From the NCBI GenBank assembly GCA_009781445.1, contig WQYD01000002.1, forward strand, positions 17,792-81,791: DNA of 64,000 bases, in the 5' to 3' direction. This document shows, piece by piece, positions 40,001 to 48,295 of the stretch. Positions within the stretch are counted from its first letter, which is position 1; every line of letters begins with the position of its first letter. Below the pieces are notes generated by a model. That model did no database searches. It was not told the DNA's origin and worked only from the letters and a program-made list of their open reading frames with translations. The translations under genes and the position numbers were made by a program. Source of the stretch: Bacillota bacterium (GTDB lineage: Bacteria > Bacillota > Clostridia > Christensenellales > DTU072).

Positions 40001-43000
40001 TCTTCCGCCTCAATTCCGGGGGGTGTGGTAAGTTTTGCCATTAACATGGCATTTGATATGATCCCTGATTTCTTCCAAAATGACTTCCTGCGCATGGTAA
40101 TTCAGTACGCAGCGGGTGCGTTCCTTGACGAACAATTGGATATGGTTTCCCGCCTTATATCCCACCTTGTGCCGTTTGTATACCCTTATTCCATGATGGA
40201 AGAAAGGCATTTTGAAAATTCGCCCTTAATGCAGAATTCGGTTTCGTCTACCACAAGCGAAAGTGTGAAAACCAATGTGGCACAAGTTTTAAGGAATGAA
40301 GGCATTGTTCCTAACGGACAACCCGATTTAGCAGGCAATATCGTGGTGAATCCCGCGCCCAACACGGCGAATCCTCACCTTGGGCATATTTCGGATTCAA
40401 ATGAACTTCTTAACGGAACTTACCGTGAAGTTGATTTCCACGATAGATCGGTTTACGCAAAAGTAACCTTAAACACTGATTCAAACGCTATGTTTGAAAG
40501 GCTTAACTTATTTATTAACGGTGCTTCGTACAAATTTAACGAAAATGAAAGAGGCAACAAAACCCTTCCGGGTGAAACCTTGGCTACTTACACGCCTTAC
40601 ATTATCGGTGAGAATATGTACGCGCCTAACGCAACCATTATGCGTGCGGATACCATAAGGTATGAGGTTAATTCAGAGGGCATAAGCGTGCCGATTGCTT
40701 CGCACAGGGTGGCGCATAACGCAATCAATAAGTGGATTCGTTCAAATGTGGTTAATTCTTTCGTAATCGTAAAGGATTATCAGTACAGTACAGACGAAAA
40801 TATGAACACCACAAGAAGGCTTATCGCAGTAACCTATATCCGTGATGTTTATGGGCATTTTGATGCGGAAGAAGGGTTTACGGATTGGGAATTTAGCGTT
40901 GCCACATTCACACGCGCTGAAAACCAAGGCGGTAGAGGCTTAACCGTGCAAGATGCAGAACTTGCCATGAGCCTATATTCCGCTAAAGACGATTTCTTCT
41001 ATGAAATTGATTTCCACAATTCAGGAATCCGCTTAAGGCATGTGCTTCCTGTCCCTGCTGGCGGTGGCGGATTTAAACTTGTGAAGGATTCGGGGGGCGG
41101 GCCGATTTGGGACGGTGACGAATCCAAACCAATGACGATGCCCTCTAAGATTATATTTAACGATCCTTATAATCCAAGAGATTTCACCGCAATCGGCGGA
41201 ACATGGGCAGGCGCATTGGGCGCACGGCATAACCTTGACGAAAACGGCGTTTATAGCGAAGATTCCGTTACCGATATCTTACCCAACCGCTTTATGGCAA
41301 ACTTCAGGGACGGCGATGCCTCTGATTCCTCAGGTGTGCAAATTTACTGGGATTTCTCACTGGTAGATTTCACCCCCACAAGGGAAGCAAAGCAATCCTT
41401 TATTGTGGGGCGTGTGGCTAACCAAATCGCAGGCGTGAACAGCATGGGCGAACTTTCCATAATCCATGCGGAAGTTCTTGGCGGTATGGTGGTTAACCCC
41501 TCAAGCACCTTAAACCTGAATGCAGACGGTTCGGCAGTGGATACAAATAACACCAAGCAAGCAATCAAACTTGACGATATTGATCCGCTTAAATTTGATT
41601 TGGCACAGTATATCAAAAATCTGCCGTCCTCATTTGATTACACTTATGCAATGGTTTATGAGGTAAACGGCAATAAACAGCAAATAAACGGCAGTGATGT
41701 TCTTTACAGGCGGTATATCTTTAATGATTTAAAATGGGATTTATCTCAAACCGATTTCAACTATGAGGGCAGAGAAAGCTATGCAAGGCTAACTTATAGC
41801 TTTATAAGAAGTTCGGACTATGGGCATGAACCCACCCCTGTAACCATAAATGTTCCTATTAGATTCATAAATAGGGAAATTAAAGGAATCACCGCACCTA
41901 TTCCAAGCGGAAACGGGCTTAACATTATGCTTGAAGAAGGGTTTGACGGCTTAGGTAATCCTATCATTCGCAGTGTAATGGAATTTAACCCCTTACAGCA
42001 CAACGATCCAAGGGGTTCTATTGAAAGGCTTCTTGGACTCAATGTGGATGTACTTTGGGGCAACGGGCAAACTTCACCGTGGCAGGTGCTTGGAATCAAT
42101 GCTAACGCTTTCAGCAATTATGATTCAAGCAGGCACGAAATGCAGGAAATCCCTGTGTACTTCCTATTTGAGGACGAACTTGGGCTAACCCAAAGGGTGG
42201 AAATCACCGTACGAATCCTTTCCAAGACTATTGATCAAGGCTTAACGGATATCGGCTACGGCGAACTTTACCCCGATCCTATGTATAATAGGGTTAAAGA
42301 TATTTATCCGTTTGCTAATAATGGGCTTGAACTTCCCACTTCGTTTGAAGCGGTTTACACAAGCGGATTAAGCGAAACGCTTTTTGAGGGTGCTGATTTT
42401 GAGTGGGACACTGAGGACATTTCCGCATTAACCTATAGGTTTAGCGGAACTGAATCCCTTCTACCGTTCAAGATTTTCCCCATAAAGGCAATAATCGGCG
42501 GTTCTTCGCAAAGCAGGCAGGTTATAACCGTGTACGCAAGGGTGTTCCAAATGATTCCCCGCATAACGGCGAACCCAATTGTTATTAACCCTTACGGCAA
42601 CGGCGAAGTTCCCAATACGCTTAACCTTGACTTTAGCAATGTGGGCGGAATGCACGGCGCAGGAAACTTCTTTAGTAAGCCTATAAGCAATGTGTACTAC
42701 CTCTTTAACGATTCAAGGGCGCACATTGATTATGACACAAGAGTGATAGGCGGAATTTCCTATAAGCATAATATTGTGTTTAACAATATGTCCTTTGCTG
42801 GTGAAGATTATCAAACGGATATCCTGCTTTATGACGAAGTGTTCGGCAGGTTTACTATTAGAAATGTACCTCTTCATATCCGTGCCACTGAAATAAGCGG
42901 TATGGAACTGCCTGCAAGCGTAAAGGTTAACCAATACTTTGCAAAAACCGATATTGATAGCTTGCTTGCCCACGAAGATGTGAAACTTGTGGTTTCCTTA

Positions 43001-46000
43001 GAATCTTCCGCAGGCGCAACCCCCGATAAGGTGTCAAGGGCATTCTTTGATATTATAGGTTGGGAATATTTCCACGGGCATGACGGCGGGCTTGCTTCTA
43101 ATCCCCATGCAGTTCCGCTTTCCTCTTGGATCACGGTAACTGTGAGGTTTAAGAGTACAGGAAGAACGCAAACATTCAATGTGGATTTACTCTCTCACCT
43201 TAATAACCTTTCGGTAAGAGGGCTTAAAACAGAGTCAGAATCTATAAACAATCCGTTCATAACCCAAGGCACAGGCGGAAGTTTCGTGTACACGGTTAAT
43301 GATCCCAGAAACTTCACATTCCCCGATTTATTAGAAGTTTGGTTTGAGGATAATGCAGTCAATGGAAACGCGGAAGTAAGCAAATTAGTACCCGTAACCT
43401 TTGATTTGCGTACCCAAAGGGACGATTTCTTTAAACTTCCCTCTATAGAAGGCACAATAAGAACGGGTACTCACGCATTAAACTATAAGGAATTTAATGT
43501 GATATTTGTAAACCAATCCGTGCGTACCGTTCAAAGCGTTGAGTTTTTATCGGGCAGTAACCCCTATAATCCTGATACGCTTTACGGATTTGACGAAGTG
43601 CCTTTGCCCACGCACGCAAGGGTTAATTTCGCGGGTGGCAGTTCTCTCACATTTGATAACTTAAGCTATCTTAATATCAATGCGCCAAGTGCAAACGGCG
43701 GAACATTTACTGCCACCGTGCTTATCGGCGACAATGTGTTCGGCTATATTGAAGCACCTCTAAGCGTAACCGTACTTCCTGAAACCATTGTGGAATGGCG
43801 CATTGGAAACTTTAATGAGGTTAACGGCGAAATTAAAAATGTTAACCCCTATCTTAATGTTAGAGAACAGCTTGAAAATGAAATCAGCCCCAGCCTAACG
43901 GTTTATACCTCAAGGGGCAGAGTGCTTACGCTAAACACTAAATATCCTGATATTCCTTTAAGCTACCTGCAAGAAACAACTCACAGAGTAAGTTTTGAAA
44001 TCGGCAGAACATTCACGGTTAATAACTTCGGATACCCCCGCGGAACGCAAACCGCGTACGAATATGACGCGCGCGAAACCTTTATAATCAATGTAACGGT
44101 GGAAGCAAGGGTTGCTGAGGGTATTGAATTTATTGATTCTTTCGGCGAAGCGCATTCAGTGTTTGTGGGCAATGTTTATAATAAGATTGACTTCCCAAGC
44201 CAAATCACCGTTGTGTTCAGAGGCACAGAACCTATGGTTCTTGATGTGGTTTGGGATACTTCGCGCGTGTTCTACTCATTTATCGGCGGTAACTATTCGG
44301 TAAGGGCGCATATCGGCGAGGTTGGCACGGCTAATTATCAATGGTTTGATGTTCCCGTGAGAATAATGCCCTCATACCTTATAGCCATTGAACTTGAAGG
44401 CGGATTTAATTCCGATATCTTTGTTCTTGACAATGACGGCAAGGGCATAAAAGGTTTATTAGTTGATCCTCTTGTGGGCTTTAAGGGCTTGCCCGAAACC
44501 GTGGGCGCAGTGCTTAACGATAACACAGGTAAAGCGTATAGCGCGCTTGTGGAATGGCACTATTCAAGAATTAGGGATAGAGTATCCATGAACGGCGTTG
44601 CTTTAAGCGAAGAATTGATGCTTGTGGCAGAAATTTATGTGCTTGAAGAGGTTAACGGATTTATGATTCGTTCTGCAAGGCAGTTTATTGAAATCCCTGT
44701 GGAAGTTATTGATAGAACTGTGGTTGAAATAGTGGCAACCTTTAAGCAGGGCGATCTTGCCCCCATAGCTTTATATAGGGACGGCGATGTGGTTAACAGC
44801 TTCACACTTAACCCTTACCAAAGGGCGTACAGCGAAATGTTTGATTCGCCTGACTTTGCTTACTTTGGCAAAATCACCTTAACAGTGAAAGACGGCGCGG
44901 GTACAAAGCAAGTGGAAGTAATGCTTAACCAAGCAAGCCAAAGGGCAACGGATACGCGCACAAACAGCCTCGTAAGCCAAAATAACCTTTACAGTGGCAG
45001 AGATATTCTCTTAAGGCTAAGTTTTAACGCAGGCGAAACCGATTCCGCTTCGCGTGGGGCAGAATTCAATATGCAACTAAGCGTAACGATTCTTGATATG
45101 AGTTATGCTTCGGGGCTTGCTAAAGACGCTTACTTCGTGGATATTTACGGCATTGTAAACCAAATCTTTATGAACGGCGAAATGCGCGAAGTTACCGCGA
45201 ATTGGCAGTTTGTAAACGAAAACCGCACTATCACAGGTGCTTCGGGTGAAACGCACCTTGTATCCGTTACCTATAACGAAAGCGATGTATTGTGGACGCT
45301 TGATTCGCGCGGTAATAGGGATAGGGAAATCAAATCAGGCAGTGGCACAGGCTATTTAAGAGTTTCTATCGGCAATCAATTCGGCGGATATGAGCAAGTT
45401 CTTGTGCCTGTACATTTCATTGATAGGGAAGTTGTTTCCTTATTTAACCCCGAAACCACACCTTACTTCGGGCAGTTCAGAACTTCGCCCACAAGCCCGA
45501 TTACGGTTCAAGGCTTTATCTTTGATCCGTTTGAAGCGTACGATATAAGCGTTTATCCGCAAAAAGGCACAATTTCATTCGCAAACCAAATTGTGGAATG
45601 GGGCATGGTAGGCGGAACGCTTGGCGCGTACGGCTTTACTATTGAATGGAATGATTCCTCTGTGGCACGCGTTGTAAGTGGCGGTTCGGATTCAACCGTT
45701 ACAGCACACATTACTTCGGTAAGCACAGGAATAAGCCAACGCGTTTCATTCAGGGTTAAATTCCTTAACCGCACCGTGGTGGGTTATGACGAACTTCTTA
45801 AATCGGATACTCTTCTTGAACACTTCTTTATTGAACCTTATAAGTATCTGAATGTAAACGATATATCAAGAGCGATTGCAGACGATATCTTTAAATCCGC
45901 AGGAAGTTCGTTCAATGTCCGCTTTACCGAAGGGCCGGATATCCGCTTCACATTCGGTGGCAAGGCTTCTAACTTCACGGTTGATCCTAATAATACTTGG

Positions 46001-48256
46001 GATTGGAATAATAGCTTAAACGATATGAGCTATTATGTAACCCAAGCCAAGAATCAACACGGTGCTTGGGAATGGCAGGGCGCGGAAAATCAGCTAAGGC
46101 GTTTAGTTACGCTTAGTGAAGCGGAAATTGATTTAGATATCACATTTACCCTTGACCAAACAAGACCCTTAAGTTTTAAAGGCAATAATGTTCGCTTCTT
46201 CGTATCAATCCCCGGATTCGGGCTGGGCAGAAACGGCAGGCAATTTGCTTCCTGCGAAGTGCAATCTTACGAAGCCTATATTATGGATGTGCTTTGTTGG
46301 GACGAAACCACGCACAGCTATGTGGATTATTACACATGGCTTACAAATAACACAGAGGGGCTTATAGGTTCGTTCGGAAACTATATCACCAAAGTCCCCG
46401 GCAAGGATTATAGCTTTGATATATCCAACCCCTATGCGTTTATCATGCAGGGCGGTGCAAAAATGCCTGAAAAGGTTCAGCTTATCACAGGAACTGAAAA
46501 CGGGCAACGCGTTATGGATGCAAGCGGGCAAGCAGTAAATTGCATTTACAGCGATATAGAAGTGTTCTGGACGGGTAGCCGTGGCGGTTCTGCCACAATT
46601 TACTTCAACCGTAGCCTTGTGCGCACAAGTTTCCAAATTGAAATGGATAATCAATCCTTTAGCTTTGAATTCCATGTTATTCCGTGGGTGCTTGAAGCCA
46701 CCACGCTTTTCAACGAATCAAGCACTTACAGCGTTAACCAAGTGGTTCTTCTGCCCAATCAGCAAGCCGTTAGTTCGGATTACCGTACGGATAATCCTAA
46801 TAGAAGAGGCGTTCTTTCCGTAACAAACGGTGAGGAAACGGATACTTACACATTGCAATTCCCTAACGGACAATCGCACACATTCAGCAATGTAACTGGT
46901 GGCGGTTCGTATATCAATGATTTTGCTAAGTGGAGCTTTGACGATGTGAACTTCTATTCAAACAGAGCGCAGTACGCCACTATGACGCTTGGCGGAAGGG
47001 GCGGACAGCAGATTTACTGGTACTTTGGCGTAAGCACACACGAGCTTGTGAATGAAACCATGCCCAAAACCATTACGCTTGCCACAGGCGCAGGGGTGGC
47101 GCAGTCTTACACATTGCCGTCTGCTTACCGCCAACTAATGGCAAACCAGTACTCTTACGATAACAACCGCTTAATCCCGATTAGTTACACAGGCGGTTCG
47201 CCGAGGTTAAGACCTTCGGATCGCAATCAGCCCGATAGCAAGGGGGAATTCTTCTCTAATAATCCTAACCCAAGGCCCAATGTAACGCTTTCGGGCTACA
47301 CGGTAACCGCGCAAAGCAATAATACTTACAACGGCGGTGGCGCAAATCCGTTCTATTCGTTCATTACCCCTGCCACACCGCACCCGGATCCCAAGCGGAA
47401 CATGAGTAGCCAAAACACAAGCGATCATAACGGTATTACCACTGCTTCAGGCGCACCTATGTTCGTGGAATGGCGTGCCACAAGCCACAGGGCATACCCT
47501 GCTTCCTATGAGGAAGTGGGTGGCGAAGTTTGGTTTATCACCTATAAACTTCCCGAAGTGCAGTATCCAAGTTCAATACCCACAGAAGCCTTTAACGGCG
47601 CGCTTGTGAACACCTTAACGCAGGACGGCGGTGGCGCATTCCTTATCCACCCGTCCTCACTTTATGTTTACTCTGAATTTAGGGCAAGGATAGACGGGCA
47701 TTTCTATAGCTACGAAGGCACGCTTGCACAAAGCATGGAAGGCGCACTAATGAATGATGACGATCCGCGTGAGGGCTATCAAATTCCGCAAATGGGCATG
47801 GCAAGACCGCACTTAGTGTCTGAGGGCAATAGTACCGAAATCCACTCACAAGTTCCCATATTAACAATTAACCAAGGTTCGCAGTTTAACACTCTTAACT
47901 TACCGCAAATAGCTTTAAGGTGGAATAGGCTTGCCACTTCGCATAATTGTGGCACTATAAGCATTGGTGGCTGTAGCGGTTGCGGTGCTTGGATTGCAAA
48001 CAATTGGAATATGGCACCGCTTGTGTACGATCTTGTGTACACAGTTCCTTGGGAAAGGGCTACGGTTTACCGTGGTACGCAAATCAGCCCCGGCAATATG
48101 CTTGCTGGCGGGGTTACCGCCATTAACACGGGCATTCCTAACACGCAATTCTTAATAGTTGCACCCATGATATTTGCAGGAAACCGCCAAATGAATGTGG
48201 CAGTGCAGATAAATATTAAGAATTACACTGAAAGACCGCCAAATTACTGGGTGTAA
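28058..48256 (+). CDS. Giant modular surface protein, part 2 (modules 7-14, carboxypeptidase-regulatory-like domains, at least 10 degenerate Big_4-like Ig domains)
   Basis: 6,732-aa ORF in the -1 frame relative to part 1, open from 28028. Only a TTG start is available, with no Shine-Dalgarno, no signal peptide, and no C-terminal anchor or LPXTG. The module cores continue at 28553, 29399, 30275, 31073, 32185, 33205, 34964 and 36317. Confidence 0.75.
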   Translation: MLSLTVTVNTPVMEVNGSLDTFIVHNEQGNIVGGVINDTSFYTINENNEVIKIKVEISGELYFKADDTVGAVIDDNGDLIPGTEIDLSRVIQTILTNTEIGVVLKNAGFEDKKLGFTLKASVNIMDLILNGTEAMERMEVVFIIDAYEGSTITATIAVYIERGNLYADFADINLGKLRIDNVMDFLGDLSGGLGGLMGGSQTAGQVNAPRSSAYSMAERGAMARISLQLGNNHGLVVAICSDVIAVMLNAFAIPQLENEKLGDLFNEITYNSFRLQIDVAHSAMAGLKLNLGQYEVGVQLNEVTLHFRRTEMSELARPVRDRDTGEILIAGFEPNDYLPLSLSAIHISVSAFFGWEMDDGTDFNLAEALQGLDIMGLKIEPILKIIGALGAKFRLDVDLNLNLADLMNDAIPFEQRFKSSSMRIQMHEVSTGEAMYVLAIHYVNGDLYIDLEAFGIQKVLIEDAVDYFISFYYNLTGTPTGNTAVPMYSASGARNMPNVNAVASYINLIFCPEGIVLNVGSAALFAVLRMMSLDIESYIDPVGYIDINATLFGAEDVFELEFALYSKQLNCSEAHTHGALCNNAVKLFLSFSNSYEISFGILDRHIITPPSGYHRIETSAPTLGIGTKIVFEAFASEDGEILNLYREPLESLVANLLSDMEFITEDFLSFIQSIAITIYFGVVQETHAVFEMDILINLNVLDPSGINLQITMFVVSTDAITKQETRTRIMQFNTYFENLYIDLSPIGGPMFYVEEFVPMVLGGLDGLLGNLFGGDEDGADPSAPNNAPKNEPSTPYGIRMPLELQINETGLFAYAYKEAFNAILTMLKMEELAMFDKITLDLHAIPENNALTLGLGISIRDTGRDVDDISIGFDLKGWRVNFEPWGENTLIIPNPDKYEIGLSEVQTIKLSLQFEVGFSLDEGNIMLEALYEVLLNPQLTGLTSTLPYALSLGNLGDTLVVDLDAIVEIDDFANLLNTVQLRISVYSKSDPHSFRMDIYYHRGNLYVDGRFIGLTQVKVDDFMGFIEFFGNMFAGGGEEDEELSNSASLASKVLALESKMKNAPANTPAYQSAFDQAIHRMYMIEILLGAETGLLVQMGAKMFELALLALGLELDPMSMLAGIVAGLDDIPDDDREEYIKEYLQNLGINTDIIQVSELLLKIANPELNLRVTPDLNASIGFKLTGFVMHDCRKNNICAGTLCTEYGVVEADGGSLGMHLGINLPATRLSFFRKKTHSSAPPADLISQAEIAQYTNYSELSVYTEINMSATLELHDGRITADGLIGAAFQILGLPGALETDIVFAGGYEQMIIEINGRLGIDFKKLMDPTLPQNVRQNALVASLEISYHIIDQHGKDKSDSYYSHTLASAYFIDNNVYLSIKLFDSVVDVVLPDIDIATWMFEFFGIAKSEEDGDGNPISGYGSPQSLQNASKSPLHAMGEGFKAVGAGVNNFDTISSVIMLNSSGLTILLTQNLLVDVLEFLRSVMRASQSATGEAMLDLEGVDFRAILDEVLTSASLGVVFNEKDGFAVKFNLFKDQETRSFGNSMYQSAGYDITLSLLHNTAFSTHRSDYDSFYHFLTVGNIAVDPEHPDYFNMVEYKLGCFDITDVAWRITMQVEFFLGADFRAFLLNWSGLVSAIDPTSAFYIQFLERMSGDVILRLHLSTLFTEIGRFALDLILEFVDGDGNEIMTLFFVGNLDRTGNNPNYDYNNIDPKLYLRLAGVPDQDIEPIGIALDADSFMHFANLNLRDFFDAFKVDENGASPASLQFQPDPDNDDEGDAVAAWWATLLESVVFNKGQIVIVVAKTALQTIASELLGLPFDEIGRVSLTIDMIAGVIQIDLSLDNQRDVETSDLYSGGISYSTFGGNHWIDKDYMNDPSLVQPMQDAVNLTIASFNTQRNGLPAHIVLAEMTANRYNIWNQSFASAVGFTKATEERFYNGRIVIITHIENEALGMRGAHMRLSNGLVVMLFQEETEFPSNISRRITINELDVGILAVSEITYARPEQFIPQLIDPAFPAFDPGIGGWEFITSFASEYTKKYDDNATTMKDVYYFLYGGVTFEMISEYVKLLERADYYWMRDHAGVWHLEKNKTVFQANCAVCAGCLNYEACLSPIIVSGKGESINVLIKLIWNEASGVLQMAVYDNSSMFNFKFGMASINVKLAVQDIFRAYVPYAYKDDFTQYFDYYFSPFNSFKWEFETGIEFTADDTIGGFFDATSLIGMVVGMVPALSAFGLEDIAFGIQPGEALSVRIGLTLRMFIDFKDLEKLNLQLRMTYQGNEVMLITYQGRINSQNEEESTLFVDLTGLFTQNPDATSHAVAFKIEDVMLAGLVKGMMGSINLSGIGSSLSDMIGGIVGGIGADSNNSANNGARSASQNSARGEYLPLEDIIDLSQITFGNALLLLTMASNNVTLAITGAMVVSAMQFLSGGDMSLPMFNNLEIGYAENVMERTYYSEITERDSTTTHNTEKLKAVATRKADSSAVLVLAKRANNIWLNAERLELSNITEQLTYRGRVWGSVAGLYDLWIGAPDFVRQVTAIYSYPADAGCAGCSDCTVYHIVFRAITDATWENYLKSLETAFVVESKVEGRDLAGLMLRLTNDTPYEQAFRLGLNFRGGYFGFGTGITNRITVADVERYEDISSLKEIGLTLDAELTIRTRTPENEKSEQIQMLEQLIEIMLGMAPGAIDLDLQDSTVIFGLSLRLYSNIGPITYPDGTAYKQYEATTLQLIITFNDSPLFVIYYYATSNTVYIDLDGLGLFRSAINGVDLMAILGGMLSGFVGENGIDLTSLLMGGGGEEDSEESGSGTQNPASPKNSALNQELLTAQDSALVRVLFTNEGFTINPNAMSLAKLVTGIMPDIGPLLPAFPDIRISTSVASGLNNLSARIRVDNLGNRVQIDVAEDGFLFAVGGASRRFRVPELSESRLNTFGGIVGATLTANNQGAMVMDIDTVALLSTIVDTIMVRNLTIYLDHRADYWYLRNLRFDIPKYINGPTYFGTDMFAGYQKADQPFGLYPFANVDLGWLENIPLLGGLAGPLKNLGIGLDSYSPMLIKNGYRRIRLQVTKTPNNAIEARIEQLTAVLGIDNLIPSPEEDWIPMRASAFISDNIVRLRLGTALVLDISGIIEWLGGIIVRAVGGIFGPLGSTISGLAWSAFGPYISQWLAGLVGDISGYGNPLALGQIIDDITGGGIEVFRMFMPDLLKPDSDESQYDYGTLYGMVTGRDGAPIQGARVTIYTAGALITSGAGYSGGGSVYTTLTDKDGYYAFINVGADEYIIQISKIGYADLTMAGDGELDEKVNVRPFTTHPAMRSDYILRQESEMEIFTDITIVVRVQSSAGSGTVPNVPVYLDNGITPLGSTDSSGLLIRMIGTLSEGVYKIAGSRHFIRLGNGQREEFTITSADNGRQIQINIVYANPGSGIIAGRLMTYNRESLLNGTAGLSELQRVRAGASMLVGAWNNELTAMGITGEQGIVWGSIPATREYYKDSQGVIYAVIPNTTKAQLDSANTATAMGGRYNARTSNHVTGGINYRNGIIYESRYFPQSQVAVMAFKRAELVSINPADVEIWLTINGNLSSGNNLNSSTKTIMQSHSHNGLSNRFCVSNCENACANPQDQNWCQKGEGDRIEATVIPRNYLVYGERNGLFEEAPNVDGNGYFEIRDLALNTNYMLKIRSRIYKNQDGVRPWVATNINILATEAYRLAGGDGIIILEPRPPHWTEQEESDGGMLSAVGNMISSVRIRLGADILDKGYNSNDIGIPRTTYDYLNSLGKDVLGTLMNTIPGILEAILPNVPFLGTVTGWLTGWGSGQLGTGDKSAYLDEKNMPTFVPWSHYITGYKKGAQDRYDGVTYIEIWLNPTFITGMFDMVHGMLFPMMGMEPISQDQRWTQGSTSRVPDGVTGTGGFLGISRDQNIDNFKYNGAFNELNDLVVNHPNGALFNYREEAYSGNRSETRALGMIYDYVYPTKEAYTMNMRASSASIPGGVVSFAINMAFDMIPDFFQNDFLRMVIQYAAGAFLDEQLDMVSRLISHLVPFVYPYSMMEERHFENSPLMQNSVSSTTSESVKTNVAQVLRNEGIVPNGQPDLAGNIVVNPAPNTANPHLGHISDSNELLNGTYREVDFHDRSVYAKVTLNTDSNAMFERLNLFINGASYKFNENERGNKTLPGETLATYTPYIIGENMYAPNATIMRADTIRYEVNSEGISVPIASHRVAHNAINKWIRSNVVNSFVIVKDYQYSTDENMNTTRRLIAVTYIRDVYGHFDAEEGFTDWEFSVATFTRAENQGGRGLTVQDAELAMSLYSAKDDFFYEIDFHNSGIRLRHVLPVPAGGGGFKLVKDSGGGPIWDGDESKPMTMPSKIIFNDPYNPRDFTAIGGTWAGALGARHNLDENGVYSEDSVTDILPNRFMANFRDGDASDSSGVQIYWDFSLVDFTPTREAKQSFIVGRVANQIAGVNSMGELSIIHAEVLGGMVVNPSSTLNLNADGSAVDTNNTKQAIKLDDIDPLKFDLAQYIKNLPSSFDYTYAMVYEVNGNKQQINGSDVLYRRYIFNDLKWDLSQTDFNYEGRESYARLTYSFIRSSDYGHEPTPVTINVPIRFINREIKGITAPIPSGNGLNIMLEEGFDGLGNPIIRSVMEFNPLQHNDPRGSIERLLGLNVDVLWGNGQTSPWQVLGINANAFSNYDSSRHEMQEIPVYFLFEDELGLTQRVEITVRILSKTIDQGLTDIGYGELYPDPMYNRVKDIYPFANNGLELPTSFEAVYTSGLSETLFEGADFEWDTEDISALTYRFSGTESLLPFKIFPIKAIIGGSSQSRQVITVYARVFQMIPRITANPIVINPYGNGEVPNTLNLDFSNVGGMHGAGNFFSKPISNVYYLFNDSRAHIDYDTRVIGGISYKHNIVFNNMSFAGEDYQTDILLYDEVFGRFTIRNVPLHIRATEISGMELPASVKVNQYFAKTDIDSLLAHEDVKLVVSLESSAGATPDKVSRAFFDIIGWEYFHGHDGGLASNPHAVPLSSWITVTVRFKSTGRTQTFNVDLLSHLNNLSVRGLKTESESINNPFITQGTGGSFVYTVNDPRNFTFPDLLEVWFEDNAVNGNAEVSKLVPVTFDLRTQRDDFFKLPSIEGTIRTGTHALNYKEFNVIFVNQSVRTVQSVEFLSGSNPYNPDTLYGFDEVPLPTHARVNFAGGSSLTFDNLSYLNINAPSANGGTFTATVLIGDNVFGYIEAPLSVTVLPETIVEWRIGNFNEVNGEIKNVNPYLNVREQLENEISPSLTVYTSRGRVLTLNTKYPDIPLSYLQETTHRVSFEIGRTFTVNNFGYPRGTQTAYEYDARETFIINVTVEARVAEGIEFIDSFGEAHSVFVGNVYNKIDFPSQITVVFRGTEPMVLDVVWDTSRVFYSFIGGNYSVRAHIGEVGTANYQWFDVPVRIMPSYLIAIELEGGFNSDIFVLDNDGKGIKGLLVDPLVGFKGLPETVGAVLNDNTGKAYSALVEWHYSRIRDRVSMNGVALSEELMLVAEIYVLEEVNGFMIRSARQFIEIPVEVIDRTVVEIVATFKQGDLAPIALYRDGDVVNSFTLNPYQRAYSEMFDSPDFAYFGKITLTVKDGAGTKQVEVMLNQASQRATDTRTNSLVSQNNLYSGRDILLRLSFNAGETDSASRGAEFNMQLSVTILDMSYASGLAKDAYFVDIYGIVNQIFMNGEMREVTANWQFVNENRTITGASGETHLVSVTYNESDVLWTLDSRGNRDREIKSGSGTGYLRVSIGNQFGGYEQVLVPVHFIDREVVSLFNPETTPYFGQFRTSPTSPITVQGFIFDPFEAYDISVYPQKGTISFANQIVEWGMVGGTLGAYGFTIEWNDSSVARVVSGGSDSTVTAHITSVSTGISQRVSFRVKFLNRTVVGYDELLKSDTLLEHFFIEPYKYLNVNDISRAIADDIFKSAGSSFNVRFTEGPDIRFTFGGKASNFTVDPNNTWDWNNSLNDMSYYVTQAKNQHGAWEWQGAENQLRRLVTLSEAEIDLDITFTLDQTRPLSFKGNNVRFFVSIPGFGLGRNGRQFASCEVQSYEAYIMDVLCWDETTHSYVDYYTWLTNNTEGLIGSFGNYITKVPGKDYSFDISNPYAFIMQGGAKMPEKVQLITGTENGQRVMDASGQAVNCIYSDIEVFWTGSRGGSATIYFNRSLVRTSFQIEMDNQSFSFEFHVIPWVLEATTLFNESSTYSVNQVVLLPNQQAVSSDYRTDNPNRRGVLSVTNGEETDTYTLQFPNGQSHTFSNVTGGGSYINDFAKWSFDDVNFYSNRAQYATMTLGGRGGQQIYWYFGVSTHELVNETMPKTITLATGAGVAQSYTLPSAYRQLMANQYSYDNNRLIPISYTGGSPRLRPSDRNQPDSKGEFFSNNPNPRPNVTLSGYTVTAQSNNTYNGGGANPFYSFITPATPHPDPKRNMSSQNTSDHNGITTASGAPMFVEWRATSHRAYPASYEEVGGEVWFITYKLPEVQYPSSIPTEAFNGALVNTLTQDGGGAFLIHPSSLYVYSEFRARIDGHFYSYEGTLAQSMEGALMNDDDPREGYQIPQMGMARPHLVSEGNSTEIHSQVPILTINQGSQFNTLNLPQIALRWNRLATSHNCGTISIGGCSGCGAWIANNWNMAPLVYDLVYTVPWERATVYRGTQISPGNMLAGGVTAINTGIPNTQFLIVAPMIFAGNRQMNVAVQINIKNYTERPPNYWV

Positions 48257-48295
48257 CCGCTGGGTAACGGACAAAAGAAATAACTTAGGGCAATC

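Noticed and set aside
28240-47428. Dozens of 60-185-aa ORFs on the minus strand and in off-frames inside the giant genes (for example 36295-36852, 46205-46675, 27623-28141).
   Set aside because: They are shadow ORFs nested completely in long, clearly coding frames. They have low-complexity Ser/Pro/Leu-rich translations and no start-site signals.
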